This document shows, piece by piece, positions 37,193 through 47,907 of a stretch of 64,000 nucleotides of DNA; position 1 is the first letter of the stretch, and every line of letters starts with the position of its first letter. A program made the position numbers and the translations under genes. Under the pieces are notes generated by a model, which was not told where the DNA came from, ran no database searches, and saw only the letters and a program-made list of their open reading frames with translations. The stretch comes from an uncultured archaeon. GTDB taxonomy: Archaea > Thermoplasmatota > Thermoplasmata > Thermoplasmatales > Thermoplasmataceae. The DNA lies in NCBI GenBank assembly GCA_000965745.1, contig CP009479.1:864001-928000 (forward strand), written 5' to 3'.

Positions 37193-38935
37193 GTGAAAAC
37201 CGATGTAACATTCGTCCACCCTCCAAGTATTTACAACTTCAGATCGAGGAATCTACGTCCCGGGCCCATAAGTGACGTAGTACCATCGACACCTGTCTTT
37301 GAAATGTACCCCATAGGCCTCATAAGCATGCTCAACTACCTGACGACTAGGGGGTACGATGCGAGAATCAGTAATCTAGCTGTCCTTATGCTGTCATCCA
37401 GCACTTTTGACGAAGAGGCATACCTCAAGGGGCTGGATTCGGACGTTTTCGGTGTGGACCTTCACTGGCTTCCCCATGTTCATGGCGCCATAAATGTTGT
37501 TAGAACACTCAAGAGGCTCCACCCGGAATCAAAAGTTGTCCTTGGGGGGTATTCGGCTTCATATTTCGCTGAGGAGATAATGCAAACATACCCCGAAGTT
37601 GACTATGTGCTGAAGGGAGACCTCCAGGAGAGGCCCATGCTCGACCTGGTCGAATACACGCAAGGGAAGGGGGATGTAGAGGACATAGAAAATCTGCTTT
37701 ACAGGCAGAATGGTGCTGTCAAGTCAAACAAAAGGTCAAATGACCTCAAGAGAATGGATGATGTGTTCCTCAACTACGAACTTCTTCTGAAGAACGCCTT
37801 GAAATACCACGACATAAAGGGGCACCTCCCATTCCTTTCCTGGATATACAACCCAATGGCCATGACGCTTATCCAGCATGGCTGCAACATGAACTGTGCT
37901 TTCTGCGGGGGCTCGTATTATTCCTACAAGAAGAACTTCTTCCCGCATTCTCCCATAGTCCGTGATGTCAGCAGAGTGGTGGACGAGGTGGAACTGGTGC
38001 ACCAGAAACTGGGTGCCCCCATCTTCATTGCCGGAGACATAAACTACTCAGGCGAAAAATTCTATACCCGCTTCTTTAAGGAGATAAGGGAAAGGGGGAT
38101 AGACATACCATTGCTCACGGAGTACTTCACGCCTCCGGGGCTCGATTACTATCTGGAACTGAAAAAGGCATTCCCCGAGTATACTTCTGAGATTTCTCCT
38201 GAATCTTCCGTGGAGAACATAAGGGCTAGAACAGGGAAGGTGTACTCCAACAAAGACCTTGAAAAAAGCGTAAGGCATGCGGCCGAAAATGGATGCAGAA
38301 AATTTGACATATATTTCTCGATCGGTGTTCCCGGCCAGGAACCGGATGACGTCTTCGCGGATGTAAAGTACTCTGAAAAGCTCTTCAGGGACTTCCATGA
38401 CACTAGAATGCAGCTTTCTGCCTTCATATCGCCATTGACTCCATTCCTTGATCCGGGATCTCTAATATACGAATTCCCCGATAGGTACGGATACAGGATT
38501 AGGGCAACCGGGATACAGGACTATTACGATCTTCTTGATTTCGGATCAGGCTGGGAGGATTTCCTCAACTATGAGACAGACCGGATGAACAGAAAGACCA
38601 TTGAGGAGACTACATACATCGCTGCCAAGATGATGGCAGACCTGAGATTCAGGATGGAATACATAAGCGAAGCAGAACACTCAAGAATAGTAGAGAGCAT
38701 TCAGGAGTATGTTGAGGGAAAGCCTGTGGAACACAAAGGGCGCCTTGACCACCATCTGACTTACATGAGCAAGGAAATACAGTGGTCAAGGAAACACCAC
38801 CTGACGCTGTCGTCATTCATGATCTTCCTGTACCGCCAATACTACGGGCTGGAAAACTCCAGGATGGTCCGGAAACTAATTGCAGGATTTGCGGCTCCGT
38901 CCAAGAAGAAGGAAAGCACCAACGTCCAGCCTTAG
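37193..38935 (+). CDS. B12-binding radical SAM protein, Ta0216/TIGR04190-like
   Basis: HPPSIYNFR, GPISDVVPSTPVFEMYPIG, DLHWLPHVHG, CNMNCAFCGGS, PFLDPGS. Confidence 0.85.
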   Translation: MKTDVTFVHPPSIYNFRSRNLRPGPISDVVPSTPVFEMYPIGLISMLNYLTTRGYDARISNLAVLMLSSSTFDEEAYLKGLDSDVFGVDLHWLPHVHGAINVVRTLKRLHPESKVVLGGYSASYFAEEIMQTYPEVDYVLKGDLQERPMLDLVEYTQGKGDVEDIENLLYRQNGAVKSNKRSNDLKRMDDVFLNYELLLKNALKYHDIKGHLPFLSWIYNPMAMTLIQHGCNMNCAFCGGSYYSYKKNFFPHSPIVRDVSRVVDEVELVHQKLGAPIFIAGDINYSGEKFYTRFFKEIRERGIDIPLLTEYFTPPGLDYYLELKKAFPEYTSEISPESSVENIRARTGKVYSNKDLEKSVRHAAENGCRKFDIYFSIGVPGQEPDDVFADVKYSEKLFRDFHDTRMQLSAFISPLTPFLDPGSLIYEFPDRYGYRIRATGIQDYYDLLDFGSGWEDFLNYETDRMNRKTIEETTYIAAKMMADLRFRMEYISEAEHSRIVESIQEYVEGKPVEHKGRLDHHLTYMSKEIQWSRKHHLTLSSFMIFLYRQYYGLENSRMVRKLIAGFAAPSKKKESTNVQP

Positions 38936-38964
38936 TTAAGCCGGGAATATGTCCTGTCCCCCCT

Positions 38965-39432
38965 CTATTTTCTTTTGTAATTTCCCATGTAGGAAACCAC
39001 TTCTATTATTCTCCCGCCTATTTCACCGTCAAATTCTTTCCTGCTTATGCCTGCTTCAATACGCCCGGCAGGCTTAAGCGCAAAAAGCCTGAAATAATAC
39101 CTGTGGGATCTTCCGCGAGGCGGGCAAGGGCCCCCGTAGCCGATATTTCCGAAGTCGTTCTTCCCCTGCCTTGCACCCGATTCAAGTTTCCCATCAGAAG
39201 GGAGGCTGGCATCCAGGCCCCCATGGTTCAGGCCAATACTGTAAATGATCCAGTGCGTAAATGTGCCCATCGGAGCATCCGGATCATCCATTATAAGGGC
39301 AAGGGAGTCAGTTCCTTCGGGCAGATCTGACCACTCTATGGCCGGGGACCTGTCCGCTCCGTCGCAACTGAACCTTACAGGTATTTCTTCTCCATTCTCA
39401 AACCCCGCCACCACTATTTTCATGAATATCAT
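38965..39432 (-). CDS. YbhB/YbcL (PEBP) family protein
   Basis: DPDAP..TFTHW, GYGGPCPP, HRYYF. Confidence 0.93.
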   Translation of the reverse strand: MIFMKIVVAGFENGEEIPVRFSCDGADRSPAIEWSDLPEGTDSLALIMDDPDAPMGTFTHWIIYSIGLNHGGLDASLPSDGKLESGARQGKNDFGNIGYGGPCPPRGRSHRYYFRLFALKPAGRIEAGISRKEFDGEIGGRIIEVVSYMGNYKRK

Positions 39433-39496
39433 CTAATAATGAATCGGGAGTGTTAAAAATATATGAATAAATTATACAGGGCCCTGACTTATCCGG

Positions 39497-40594
39497 TCAA
39501 TCCTCCTTCCAGCTGAATGTTATGAGAGTTGCGATGAAAATAACCACTGCGACCGCGATACTGACCACTATGTCCACAAGAGCCGCATTCATGTTTGAAT
39601 AGATCATTACCGAATTCAGGCCGTCAATTATGTAATAGAGTGGCAGTATGTGGGCAACAGTCTGGAGCCACCCGGGCATGATCGATACCGGGAAGAACGT
39701 CCCGGAGAGAAACATCATCGGGAAGGTTATGATGTTTCCAATAACTGAAGCCCCCTCCTCGGATTTAGACACAGATCCCGCAAGGATTCCCAGGCTCGTG
39801 AACATGAACACGCCAAGAAGTATGAAAGGAACCATGTATAACGTGAGGGAAACATGCGAGTGGAACAGGAAGTACCCAACCGCCACAATTTCAACAGCCG
39901 AGAGCGCTGATATTATCAGGTACCAGAAGAACTTGGAAATGAACCATTCACCCTTCGAGAGGGGCGTCAGGGATAGTTGCCTGAATATCTTGTTCTTTTT
40001 GTATGAACTAACAACAAAAGTCATTGAGAACATCGGGGAAGTCAGTATCACAAGACCGATAAGCCCCGGAATGAGATAGTCCGAGGTGTTTGTGGCCTTG
40101 AACGATACACTTGCAGTGGAAACTGATATATTTCCGCTGGCCGTTGACCCCTGGTTGTTGAAGGCCTGAACTACAAACTGTATGGCCTGCTGTGCAACCG
40201 CACTTGTTGATTGCGAGGGGTTAAAGTAGTAAGTGAGATTTACCTGCATCCCCTGGACGTAATCCTGCGAGAAACCTTGAGGTATCAGCAGGGCTGAGCT
40301 GATTGAGTTCTCGGATATGTATTTTGTAATGTTCACAGATGCAGGTATCGTCCTTATGCTCACAATATGTGTATCATTAAGGGCTGCTATGAACTGGGAA
40401 GCAAGGGTGCTGTTGCCGTCAAGATTCTGCACATAAAGCGGAGTCGGGCTTGAATTTCCTCCGGAAAAGATGGAACCGAAAATGAGCATGAACAGTAGGG
40501 GAAAAATGAATACAAAGAACAGCGCGGTCCTGCTTCTCATGTAGTTCTTGCCGTATATTTTCAGCTCAGCGACTATATTCCTGATCCTCATCAT
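39497..40594 (-). CDS. ABC-2 type exporter permease
   Basis: N-terminal TM, extracellular loop, five TM, FLSGTFFP. Confidence 0.9.
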   Translation of the reverse strand: MMRIRNIVAELKIYGKNYMRSRTALFFVFIFPLLFMLIFGSIFSGGNSSPTPLYVQNLDGNSTLASQFIAALNDTHIVSIRTIPASVNITKYISENSISSALLIPQGFSQDYVQGMQVNLTYYFNPSQSTSAVAQQAIQFVVQAFNNQGSTASGNISVSTASVSFKATNTSDYLIPGLIGLVILTSPMFSMTFVVSSYKKNKIFRQLSLTPLSKGEWFISKFFWYLIISALSAVEIVAVGYFLFHSHVSLTLYMVPFILLGVFMFTSLGILAGSVSKSEEGASVIGNIITFPMMFLSGTFFPVSIMPGWLQTVAHILPLYYIIDGLNSVMIYSNMNAALVDIVVSIAVAVVIFIATLITFSWKED

Positions 40595-41508
40595 TCTTCC
40601 TCCTTTCCTACCAGGTCTACGAATATGTCTTCAAGGGTGTCCTCCCTCAGCTGAAGGGTGCTTATCGGTATGTTGTTCCTGTCAACGAATGATAGAATAT
40701 CGATCACATCGCTGTTGCTGTTGACATGGGCAGATATGAGGCCGTTTTCCAGGGTGGACTCAAGCTTCAGCTCTTTTCCAATGTATTCTGAAAGTTTTTC
40801 GTCTCTGCTTACAAGAAGGCGCTTCCCTTTTCCCATCTTTTCTATTATCTCCTTTGGAGTCCCCTCCACAATCATTTTTCCGCGTGACACTATTCCGACC
40901 CTGTCTGCCAGCATTTCTGCTTCTTCAAGGTAGTGTGTTGTGAGAATGATCGTCCTCCCCTCTTCCTTCAACTGCCTTATGAGTTTCCAGATTCTTCTTC
41001 TTGCCCTGGGATCAAGCCCCGTAGTGGGCTCATCGAGAAATACTACCTTTGGATTGTTGACAAGGGCGAGGCATATTCCAAGCTTCTGCTTCTGCCCTCC
41101 TGAAAGGTTCTGGAAATAAACATTCCTGACATCATCCAGTTCAACAAGTTCAAGAAGCTCTTTGCTCCTGTCCGCAACTCCAAAGATTGTGCAATAGAAC
41201 CTGATGGCCTCCTCAGGGTTTATACGCTCAACGAACCTGAAGTCCTGCGGCATTATCCCGACCGTTTGCCGTATATCAGCCTGTGAATGCCATGGATCCA
41301 TTCCCAGGACCCTGACCCGGCCGCCATCGGGCTTTCTCAACCCCTCAACTATTTCCACCGTTGTGGTTTTGCCGGCACCGTTTGGGCCGAGAAGGCTGTA
41401 GACCTCTCCTTCATATACCTTGAATGAAAGGCCGTCCACTGCTTTTATGCTCCCATAACTCTTTCGCAGGTTTTCCACCAGAATTGTGACGCCGTCCCCG
41501 TTCATCAA
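40591..41508 (-). CDS. ABC exporter ATP-binding protein
   Basis: GPNGAGKTT, LSGGQ, LDEPTTGLDP, TTHY. Confidence 0.95.
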   Translation of the reverse strand: MMNGDGVTILVENLRKSYGSIKAVDGLSFKVYEGEVYSLLGPNGAGKTTTVEIVEGLRKPDGGRVRVLGMDPWHSQADIRQTVGIMPQDFRFVERINPEEAIRFYCTIFGVADRSKELLELVELDDVRNVYFQNLSGGQKQKLGICLALVNNPKVVFLDEPTTGLDPRARRRIWKLIRQLKEEGRTIILTTHYLEEAEMLADRVGIVSRGKMIVEGTPKEIIEKMGKGKRLLVSRDEKLSEYIGKELKLESTLENGLISAHVNSNSDVIDILSFVDRNNIPISTLQLREDTLEDIFVDLVGKEEE

Positions 41509-41743
41509 AGAAGCAACTCCACAGAGTCAGATTTTCCCCTATTGCAAGATTCAACCAAGAAAAGACATGATGCCAAAGACACTTGGAACTACCTATTAGT
41601 GTAAAGAATGAATGGCTATATAAGATATGCAGGAAACTTATTAGGCATCCGGGAGCAGATTGCCCCGAGACTGATCGGGCACTTGAAACCAACCCAATTG
41701 TTATGTCCTTGGCAGCCATCCACATGTGAGAGTGCTTCTAACT

Positions 41744-42829
41744 ATGTCCGACTACAGGGAAAGATTAGGTGAATTAAGGAAAAAACTGGCCGAAGAAGAA
41801 CTGCAGCAGGCAGTAATACTTTCAAGGGAAAATATCTGCTACCTCACAGGATTCTGTGTTGGAAGTAATGAGAGGTTGACTGCGCTTATTGTAAACGGGA
41901 AGGAAACATCGCTGGTTGTGCCAAAGCTCAGCCAGGGGCAGGTGAGGGATATCGGGGTCGATAAGACAGTAACCTGGGATGACAGGGATGACCCATATGC
42001 AATTGCAAAGGAAATCATTGGATCAGGGGGAAAAGGAAGGATTGCACTGGAATCCCAGACACCTCTTTCGCTGTACATGAGGTTTAAGGATATGTTTGGC
42101 CCTGATCCTGTTTTTGCAGATCAGTTGATGGTGGCCCTCAGGCAGAGGAAACGAGGCGAAGAGGTGGAATTCATAAGAAAAGCTGTCGAAATAAGTGAGA
42201 AAGCCCTTGAAGAAACAACACAGGAAATCAAACCTGGAATGACTGAGAAGGAAGTCGCGGGGATACTTGAGTACAATATGAGGCGGAACGGATCTGACGG
42301 AAATGCATTCTCCACCACGGTCGCATCCGGAAAAAACAGCGCCAACCCTCACCACGTCACGTCTGACAGCAGAATTGAAGCCGGAAGCTCCCTGGTTATC
42401 GACTTTGGGGCATCCTACAGGAATTACTCATCAGACACAACCAGAACCTTTGTAGTGGGTAGCATTCCAGAGGGGTTCAAGGACGTGTACGAAACAGTCA
42501 GAAAGGCCCAGCAGACAGGCATAGACTGCGCTAATCCGGGAATTCCTGCAGGAGATATCGACATAGAGGTAAGAAAAGTGATTGAAAACGCGGGATATGG
42601 GGAATATTTCACCCACAGGACAGGTCATGGTATCGGCCTGGAGACCCACGAGCCTCCGTACATCAATGAAAGCAACAGATCTCCGCTCCAGCCTCCGGCC
42701 ACATTTACCATAGAGCCCGGAATTTACATTCAGGGGAAGTACGGCGTCCGTATAGAGGATACAGTGCTGATGGACGAAAAAGGGACCCGGGCAGTCAACT
42801 CATTTTCGAAGGAACTTCGGATACTGTAG
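41744..42829 (+). CDS. Xaa-Pro (M24) peptidase
   Basis: PHH, DFGA, SDTTRT, HRTGHGIGLETHE, EPGIY, GVRIED. Confidence 0.95.
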   Translation: MSDYRERLGELRKKLAEEELQQAVILSRENICYLTGFCVGSNERLTALIVNGKETSLVVPKLSQGQVRDIGVDKTVTWDDRDDPYAIAKEIIGSGGKGRIALESQTPLSLYMRFKDMFGPDPVFADQLMVALRQRKRGEEVEFIRKAVEISEKALEETTQEIKPGMTEKEVAGILEYNMRRNGSDGNAFSTTVASGKNSANPHHVTSDSRIEAGSSLVIDFGASYRNYSSDTTRTFVVGSIPEGFKDVYETVRKAQQTGIDCANPGIPAGDIDIEVRKVIENAGYGEYFTHRTGHGIGLETHEPPYINESNRSPLQPPATFTIEPGIYIQGKYGVRIEDTVLMDEKGTRAVNSFSKELRIL

Positions 42830-42874
42830 GAAAAATGTGGAAGAATGCCCGATGGGAGCAGTTTGGGCCTGTTC

Positions 42875-43696
42875 TCATCTCACATTTATTTTTGGCGCAA
42901 GCCCTTCCGCCCACTGTGCTGAAATACCACCATCAATAACATGTGTTGCCCCGGTGATGAATGATGCAGCATCCGATGCGAGGAATACAACAAGTTTCGC
43001 AATCTCCTCAGGTTTCGCAATCCTGCCCATTGGATACAGCTCGTTGTATGCTTTTCTTGCCTTCTCCGCATCTCCGAAATGAGCGAAATCCCTCTCCACC
43101 ATGGATGTTTCAACGGAGCCGGGGGCGATGCAGTTTACCCTTATGCCGTATTTTGCAAGGTCCATGGCAGAAGCCCTGGTGAGCCCTATTATGGCACTCT
43201 TTGATGCACAATAGGCAACGGATTCAGTTGAGCCCTGCAGGCCCAGGGCGGAAGAAGTGTTGACAATAACTCCCCTTGTTTTTATGAGGTGCGGTATGGA
43301 ATTTTTTGTGCAATAAAAGGCACCTCCCAGATTTGTGTTGAGTATCCTGTCCCATGTCTCCGTGGAAATATCTTCTATTGAAAACCACTCGTAAATTCCG
43401 GCATTGTTGAACAGAATGTCGATACGGCCAAATCTCACAGCGGCAAAGGATATGAGCATCTGAACCTCATCTTCGCTGCTTACATCGACCTTGAAGGGCT
43501 CAACCTCGCAACCCCTGACTTCTTTCCTGATCAGGTCAACTGTTTCTTTTGCCTTCTCTTCAGATATATCTGCAACGCATACACTGGCTCCGTTCCTTGC
43601 CATTTCCAGTGCAGTTGCCCTACCTATTCCTGAACCGGCCCCAGTGACAATTGCCACTTTTTCGCCTAGTACTCCTGAGTCATTCCCTGCGGACAT
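42875..43696 (-). CDS. Short-chain dehydrogenase/reductase
   Basis: TGAGSGIG, NNAG, YCASK, IAPG. Confidence 0.93.
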   Translation of the reverse strand: MSAGNDSGVLGEKVAIVTGAGSGIGRATALEMARNGASVCVADISEEKAKETVDLIRKEVRGCEVEPFKVDVSSEDEVQMLISFAAVRFGRIDILFNNAGIYEWFSIEDISTETWDRILNTNLGGAFYCTKNSIPHLIKTRGVIVNTSSALGLQGSTESVAYCASKSAIIGLTRASAMDLAKYGIRVNCIAPGSVETSMVERDFAHFGDAEKARKAYNELYPMGRIAKPEEIAKLVVFLASDAASFITGATHVIDGGISAQWAEGLAPKINVR

Positions 43697-43862
43697 AGTA
43701 CATCTAGACTTTGACAGCTTGTCTGTATATATTCATTTCGTGAGGGGCAGAATAAGAACTGAAGTTTTGCCGCTTCATTCCCCAATATCCGGCAAAACAC
43801 GGTCTCCTGTGTAAGTATGGTTAGGCGCCACGCTTAAATACGATGAGTATCTGCACCACGAG

Positions 43863-45230
43863 ATGAGTCACTACGGTTCTGAAACAACGCTGATGCAGGG
43901 GAGCAGCAGCTCAGTCCGCAAGAAAGTTTCGAACTACTGGTTCATCAGCTATCTTTTTTCCAACACTGCCTATGGCCTTACAATACCGCTCATCCCACTG
44001 TTTGTTGTCATGTTCCTGAAGAGTGGGGTAGTGTGGGACGGGATAGTATATTCCCTGGCATCGGCGGCATCGGTTCCGGCCCTTCTATTCTGGGGAAACC
44101 TGTCGGATTCAATCAAAAAAAGGAAAATTTTCGTGATAATCGGGTTCCTGGGTGCCGGAATAGCATTAATCCCAATATTTCTCGTTCACACACTTGGCGT
44201 CTACATCCTGTTCCTGATCGTCGCTCAGGTCGTAGGAATGGCGAGTGTCCCTGTTTCCAACCTTCTGATTTTCGAAAGCACACAGCAGTCCCAATGGCCA
44301 AACGTCATGGCTACATTTAACATGATCGCATCAACAGGCACAGTTCTTGGACTCGCCATAGGTGCCGTAATGGTGGTCCTGTACGGATCCGGAGTGGATT
44401 CTGTTATCCCTCTCTTTTACCTTGTAGCAGGTGCAATATACATTCTTGCGGTGATCAGTGCAATGATTATACTGAAAGAGCCATCCAGGAACATTAACAG
44501 GGCAAAGCTGGGGCCATTTTACTCATTGAGGGTCATTGAAAGGGTCAGGTATTTTCCAAGCAGCGTCATACACATCATTTCCGACAGGAAGATGAAGGCC
44601 CTGAACAAGCTGTCTCCTCCCCTGAGGCATTACATATACGCATCCTCTTTCCTGATGTTCGGCTTTCAGCTCTTTATACTGGCATTTCCAGTCTACGTCA
44701 TTCAGAATGTTGGCGGAACAACAGAGGACATATTCTACCTCTACCTCATCAACGCCATCTTTTCAACCCTCACTTTCAGGTTTGCAGGGAATTACATCCG
44801 ACTTAAAGGAGGAAAGAAGACCCTCACTATGTCGCTTGCGTCAAGGTTCATCACGTTCGGCGCAGCGGCTTTCCTTCCGTACATTGTGATGCAAAGCACT
44901 CAAGCCCTGATGGTTTCAATGATCATATACGCAGTGGTGGGAGCTTTCTGGGGGTTTATAAGCATAGGCCAGATCTCTTTTGTCTCTGATAACGCTCAGC
45001 CGAAGCAGAGGGGAAGGGCAGTAGGCTACTACAACTCATTTTTTGGATTCGGACAGATAGGCGGATCATTCATTTCAGGAGTAATATCCGAATATGTAGG
45101 CTACAGTGCTGATTTTGCCGTTTCGTCCCTGATAGTGCTTGCAGGCACAGTCCTGATACTCAGATACTACCCGCACATAAGGATCATAACTTCTGATCCT
45201 GACAGTGTAGCCTCTACTGACAGTCTTTAA
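43863..45230 (+). CDS. MFS transporter (paralog 1)
   Basis: About 12 TM, WGNLSD..KRK motif A. Confidence 0.88.
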   Translation: MSHYGSETTLMQGSSSSVRKKVSNYWFISYLFSNTAYGLTIPLIPLFVVMFLKSGVVWDGIVYSLASAASVPALLFWGNLSDSIKKRKIFVIIGFLGAGIALIPIFLVHTLGVYILFLIVAQVVGMASVPVSNLLIFESTQQSQWPNVMATFNMIASTGTVLGLAIGAVMVVLYGSGVDSVIPLFYLVAGAIYILAVISAMIILKEPSRNINRAKLGPFYSLRVIERVRYFPSSVIHIISDRKMKALNKLSPPLRHYIYASSFLMFGFQLFILAFPVYVIQNVGGTTEDIFYLYLINAIFSTLTFRFAGNYIRLKGGKKTLTMSLASRFITFGAAAFLPYIVMQSTQALMVSMIIYAVVGAFWGFISIGQISFVSDNAQPKQRGRAVGYYNSFFGFGQIGGSFISGVISEYVGYSADFAVSSLIVLAGTVLILRYYPHIRIITSDPDSVASTDSL

Positions 45231-45287
45231 TAATCCATATCCTGTTTATCAGAAAATAGTTGACTAGAATGAGTTGAACGAAGGAAT

Positions 45288-46625
45288 ATGAGGTGGAGAG
45301 AGATGGAAAACATTACAAAAAGTGATGGAGGCAATGCCATGCCCGGTGCTGGCAGCAAATGGTTCGCCAGTTATCTTCTTTCAAATATTGCAGCAGGAAT
45401 CATTTCGCCTCTGATCCCGCTTTATATTGTAATATACCTGAACTCAAACGTATTTTACGTTGGCCTGGTATCATCACTTGCTTCTGCAGCTGCAGTGCCT
45501 TCCCTAATTTTCTGGGGGAATCTGTCAGACTATGCCGGCAGGAGAAAGATATTCATACTCGTTGGATTCTTTGGCTCCTTCCTGACACTGCTTCAGATCA
45601 TGTTCGTTCGCGATCTTTCCGCTTACATCCTGATGCTGGTATCTTTTCAGGCCATTGCAATGGCTGCAGTCCCTGTGTCCACCCTTATTATACTGGAAAC
45701 CCGGCAGGAGGCAGAATGGCCCCAGGTGATGTCTACCTTCAGCCTGGTTTCGGCTGCAGGCACAGTAACGGGCCTGATTGCAGGATCCGGGATCATCGTG
45801 TACTGGCATTCCCCAAGTGTTCTTCCTGCAATGTATCTCATTGCATCCTTCATATATCTCACCGCAGCTATAGGGGCAATTGCGCTTCTGCCGGAACCGG
45901 GGAGGAAGCTTATAAGAGCGAGGCTGCACAACCTGTTCTCCTACCGAATCGTTGAAAGGGGACGGCACTTTCCGAGCTACGTGCTTCATGTCATACCGTT
46001 TGGCAGAAACAAGGGCGAAACACATGCTTTCTCCCCAACAATGAGGAAGTATCTTTTCACAACAACTTTTCTCATGTTCGGGTTCCAGATTTTCTTCGTG
46101 CCTTTTCCAGTTTTCCTTATAGATTATTTTCACGCTGCAGAATCTCAGATCTTCATTCTTTATCTGTTGAACAGCGCATTATCCATGGTTACGTTCAGAA
46201 TAGCAGGCATCCTTGTGCGAAAAGGGGGCATCCGAAAGACAATTTCCTTCGGCATATTTCCCAGAATAGCAATATTCTCACTGGCTGGGATCCTGCCGCT
46301 CTTGGCAGCCTACGGCAGAGTGGTCCTGATAACCGCAATCATAATGTACGGAATCTTGGGAGCACTGTGGAGCCTCATAAGCATCAGCGAGGTGACAAGC
46401 ATAACAAAGCTTGCGGTCAAGGCCAACAGGGGGAAGGCTATCGGATACTACAACTCTCTCCTGGGCGTGGGGCAGATAGGTGGTGCAAGCATATCCGGTG
46501 TTATTGCGTATGACCTTGGATACACCGTTGACTTTGTTACCGCTGCAGCGGTTGTCCTCATCGGAGCGTACATGATACTCAGGTTCTACCCTGAAAACAG
46601 AGGTGTTCCTGCCCTAAAAACTTAA
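45288..46625 (+). CDS. MFS transporter (paralog 2)
   Basis: About 12 TM, WGNLSD..GRRK; similar to the upstream gene. Confidence 0.88.
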   Translation: MRWREMENITKSDGGNAMPGAGSKWFASYLLSNIAAGIISPLIPLYIVIYLNSNVFYVGLVSSLASAAAVPSLIFWGNLSDYAGRRKIFILVGFFGSFLTLLQIMFVRDLSAYILMLVSFQAIAMAAVPVSTLIILETRQEAEWPQVMSTFSLVSAAGTVTGLIAGSGIIVYWHSPSVLPAMYLIASFIYLTAAIGAIALLPEPGRKLIRARLHNLFSYRIVERGRHFPSYVLHVIPFGRNKGETHAFSPTMRKYLFTTTFLMFGFQIFFVPFPVFLIDYFHAAESQIFILYLLNSALSMVTFRIAGILVRKGGIRKTISFGIFPRIAIFSLAGILPLLAAYGRVVLITAIIMYGILGALWSLISISEVTSITKLAVKANRGKAIGYYNSLLGVGQIGGASISGVIAYDLGYTVDFVTAAAVVLIGAYMILRFYPENRGVPALKT

Positions 46626-46638
46626 ATTCCCATCTGTA

Positions 46639-47013
46639 CTAGAATGACCCTCTGATCCTGTTTCTGTCGATGGCCATGCCTCTCGGGGTTATGGCTATGA
46701 GGTTCTTCGTTATTCCGGCCACGTCACCGTCTACATCCTTGCCTATTGTCCGGACTTCCTGAATTATTCTTCTCATCTGGAGCTCGTCTCCTGCCACAGG
46801 GGTGCAGTCCAGAATCAGTATGTCGCCGTTATAAACAAAATCGCTGATTCTCATGAGATCCTCAAATCTCTGTATTTCCGCAACTTTCAGATGTTTTCTC
46901 TCAACATCTGGGACGTCCGGCAACTTGAAGTCGGCCAGATCAATAAATTTTCTTTCAGGCCTCTCCTTTCCCCTGTCTCCCTCCGGATTTTTTTTCTTCA
47001 GTAACGGCGCCAT
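46639..47013 (-). CDS. sepF: Archaeal cell-division protein SepF
   Basis: FIDL, KVAEI, VYNGDILILD, VDGDVAGI, ITPRGMAIDR. Confidence 0.85.
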   Translation of the reverse strand: MAPLLKKKNPEGDRGKERPERKFIDLADFKLPDVPDVERKHLKVAEIQRFEDLMRISDFVYNGDILILDCTPVAGDELQMRRIIQEVRTIGKDVDGDVAGITKNLIAITPRGMAIDRNRIRGSF

Positions 47014-47114
47014 CGGAACTCTGAGTCAACTATGATCATACACGATAAAAATCTTTTGGGTTGAGCAGCAATATTCCTACCTGCCGTGCAAATTGAGCAG
47101 AAGTATGAGGCAAT

Positions 47115-47774
47115 TTATCTTTCAACCCTCTTTATGAAGAGGTAGAACAGATTGTTGAACCCGTCTCTCCAGGTCTTCAGCTTTGGTTTTGTAATCCTAA
47201 CACCGTATTTCACAGGAATTTCCATGAATTTTCCCCTCCTCACGGCCTCTATCTTTATGTCCTGGGAGAATGACATTCCATCACTGAGCGGCCCCATGGA
47301 ATCATAAAGGGATTTCCTGAATATCCACATGCCGCTTTGGGAATCATTCATCCTTACCTTGAAAAGTATGCTGATTGTCCTGTTCAGGATGCTGTTTCCA
47401 ACATAGTGAAGCGTTGTGTAATTGAGTGAAGTCCTCAAGGTCATCCTGTCGCAGGAAATGAAATCGACCTCATTTATCTCCAGGATATTGATTAGCGGCT
47501 CGACAATCTCCGGAGGATATGTGCCGTCACCATCAAGGCACACCACTATGTCGCCGGTAACTTCAGAGAGGCCGGTCTTGTACGCCTTTCCATACCCTCT
47601 CTCAGGCTGGTTGATGACCTTTGCACCTTTTTCCTGCGCGATTTTCTTCGTGCCGTCTGTTGAGTTTGTGTCTACGACTATGACCTCTACATTGCTCATC
47701 TTCTTGAGTCCGTCTATAACCATCCCAATGGTCTTCTCTTCGTTTATCGTAGGAATCACTGCGCTTATCTTCAA
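47115..47774 (-). CDS. GT2 glycosyltransferase (dolichol-phosphate sugar synthase-like)
   Basis: IPTINEE, VVD.NSTDGT, GYG, DGDGTY, DSQSGM. Confidence 0.9.
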   Translation of the reverse strand: MKISAVIPTINEEKTIGMVIDGLKKMSNVEVIVVDTNSTDGTKKIAQEKGAKVINQPERGYGKAYKTGLSEVTGDIVVCLDGDGTYPPEIVEPLINILEINEVDFISCDRMTLRTSLNYTTLHYVGNSILNRTISILFKVRMNDSQSGMWIFRKSLYDSMGPLSDGMSFSQDIKIEAVRRGKFMEIPVKYGVRITKPKLKTWRDGFNNLFYLFIKRVER

Positions 47775-47907
47775 TCAGCCACATCCTGTTGTATTGTTCA
47801 GGGTAACAGTGTCGAAACTATTAAACCATAATCTTAAACCATTATTAAATTCCGATTGTTTAATCACATGTTAATTTAGGCAAGTATGGATATATTTGTA
47901 ATAATGG

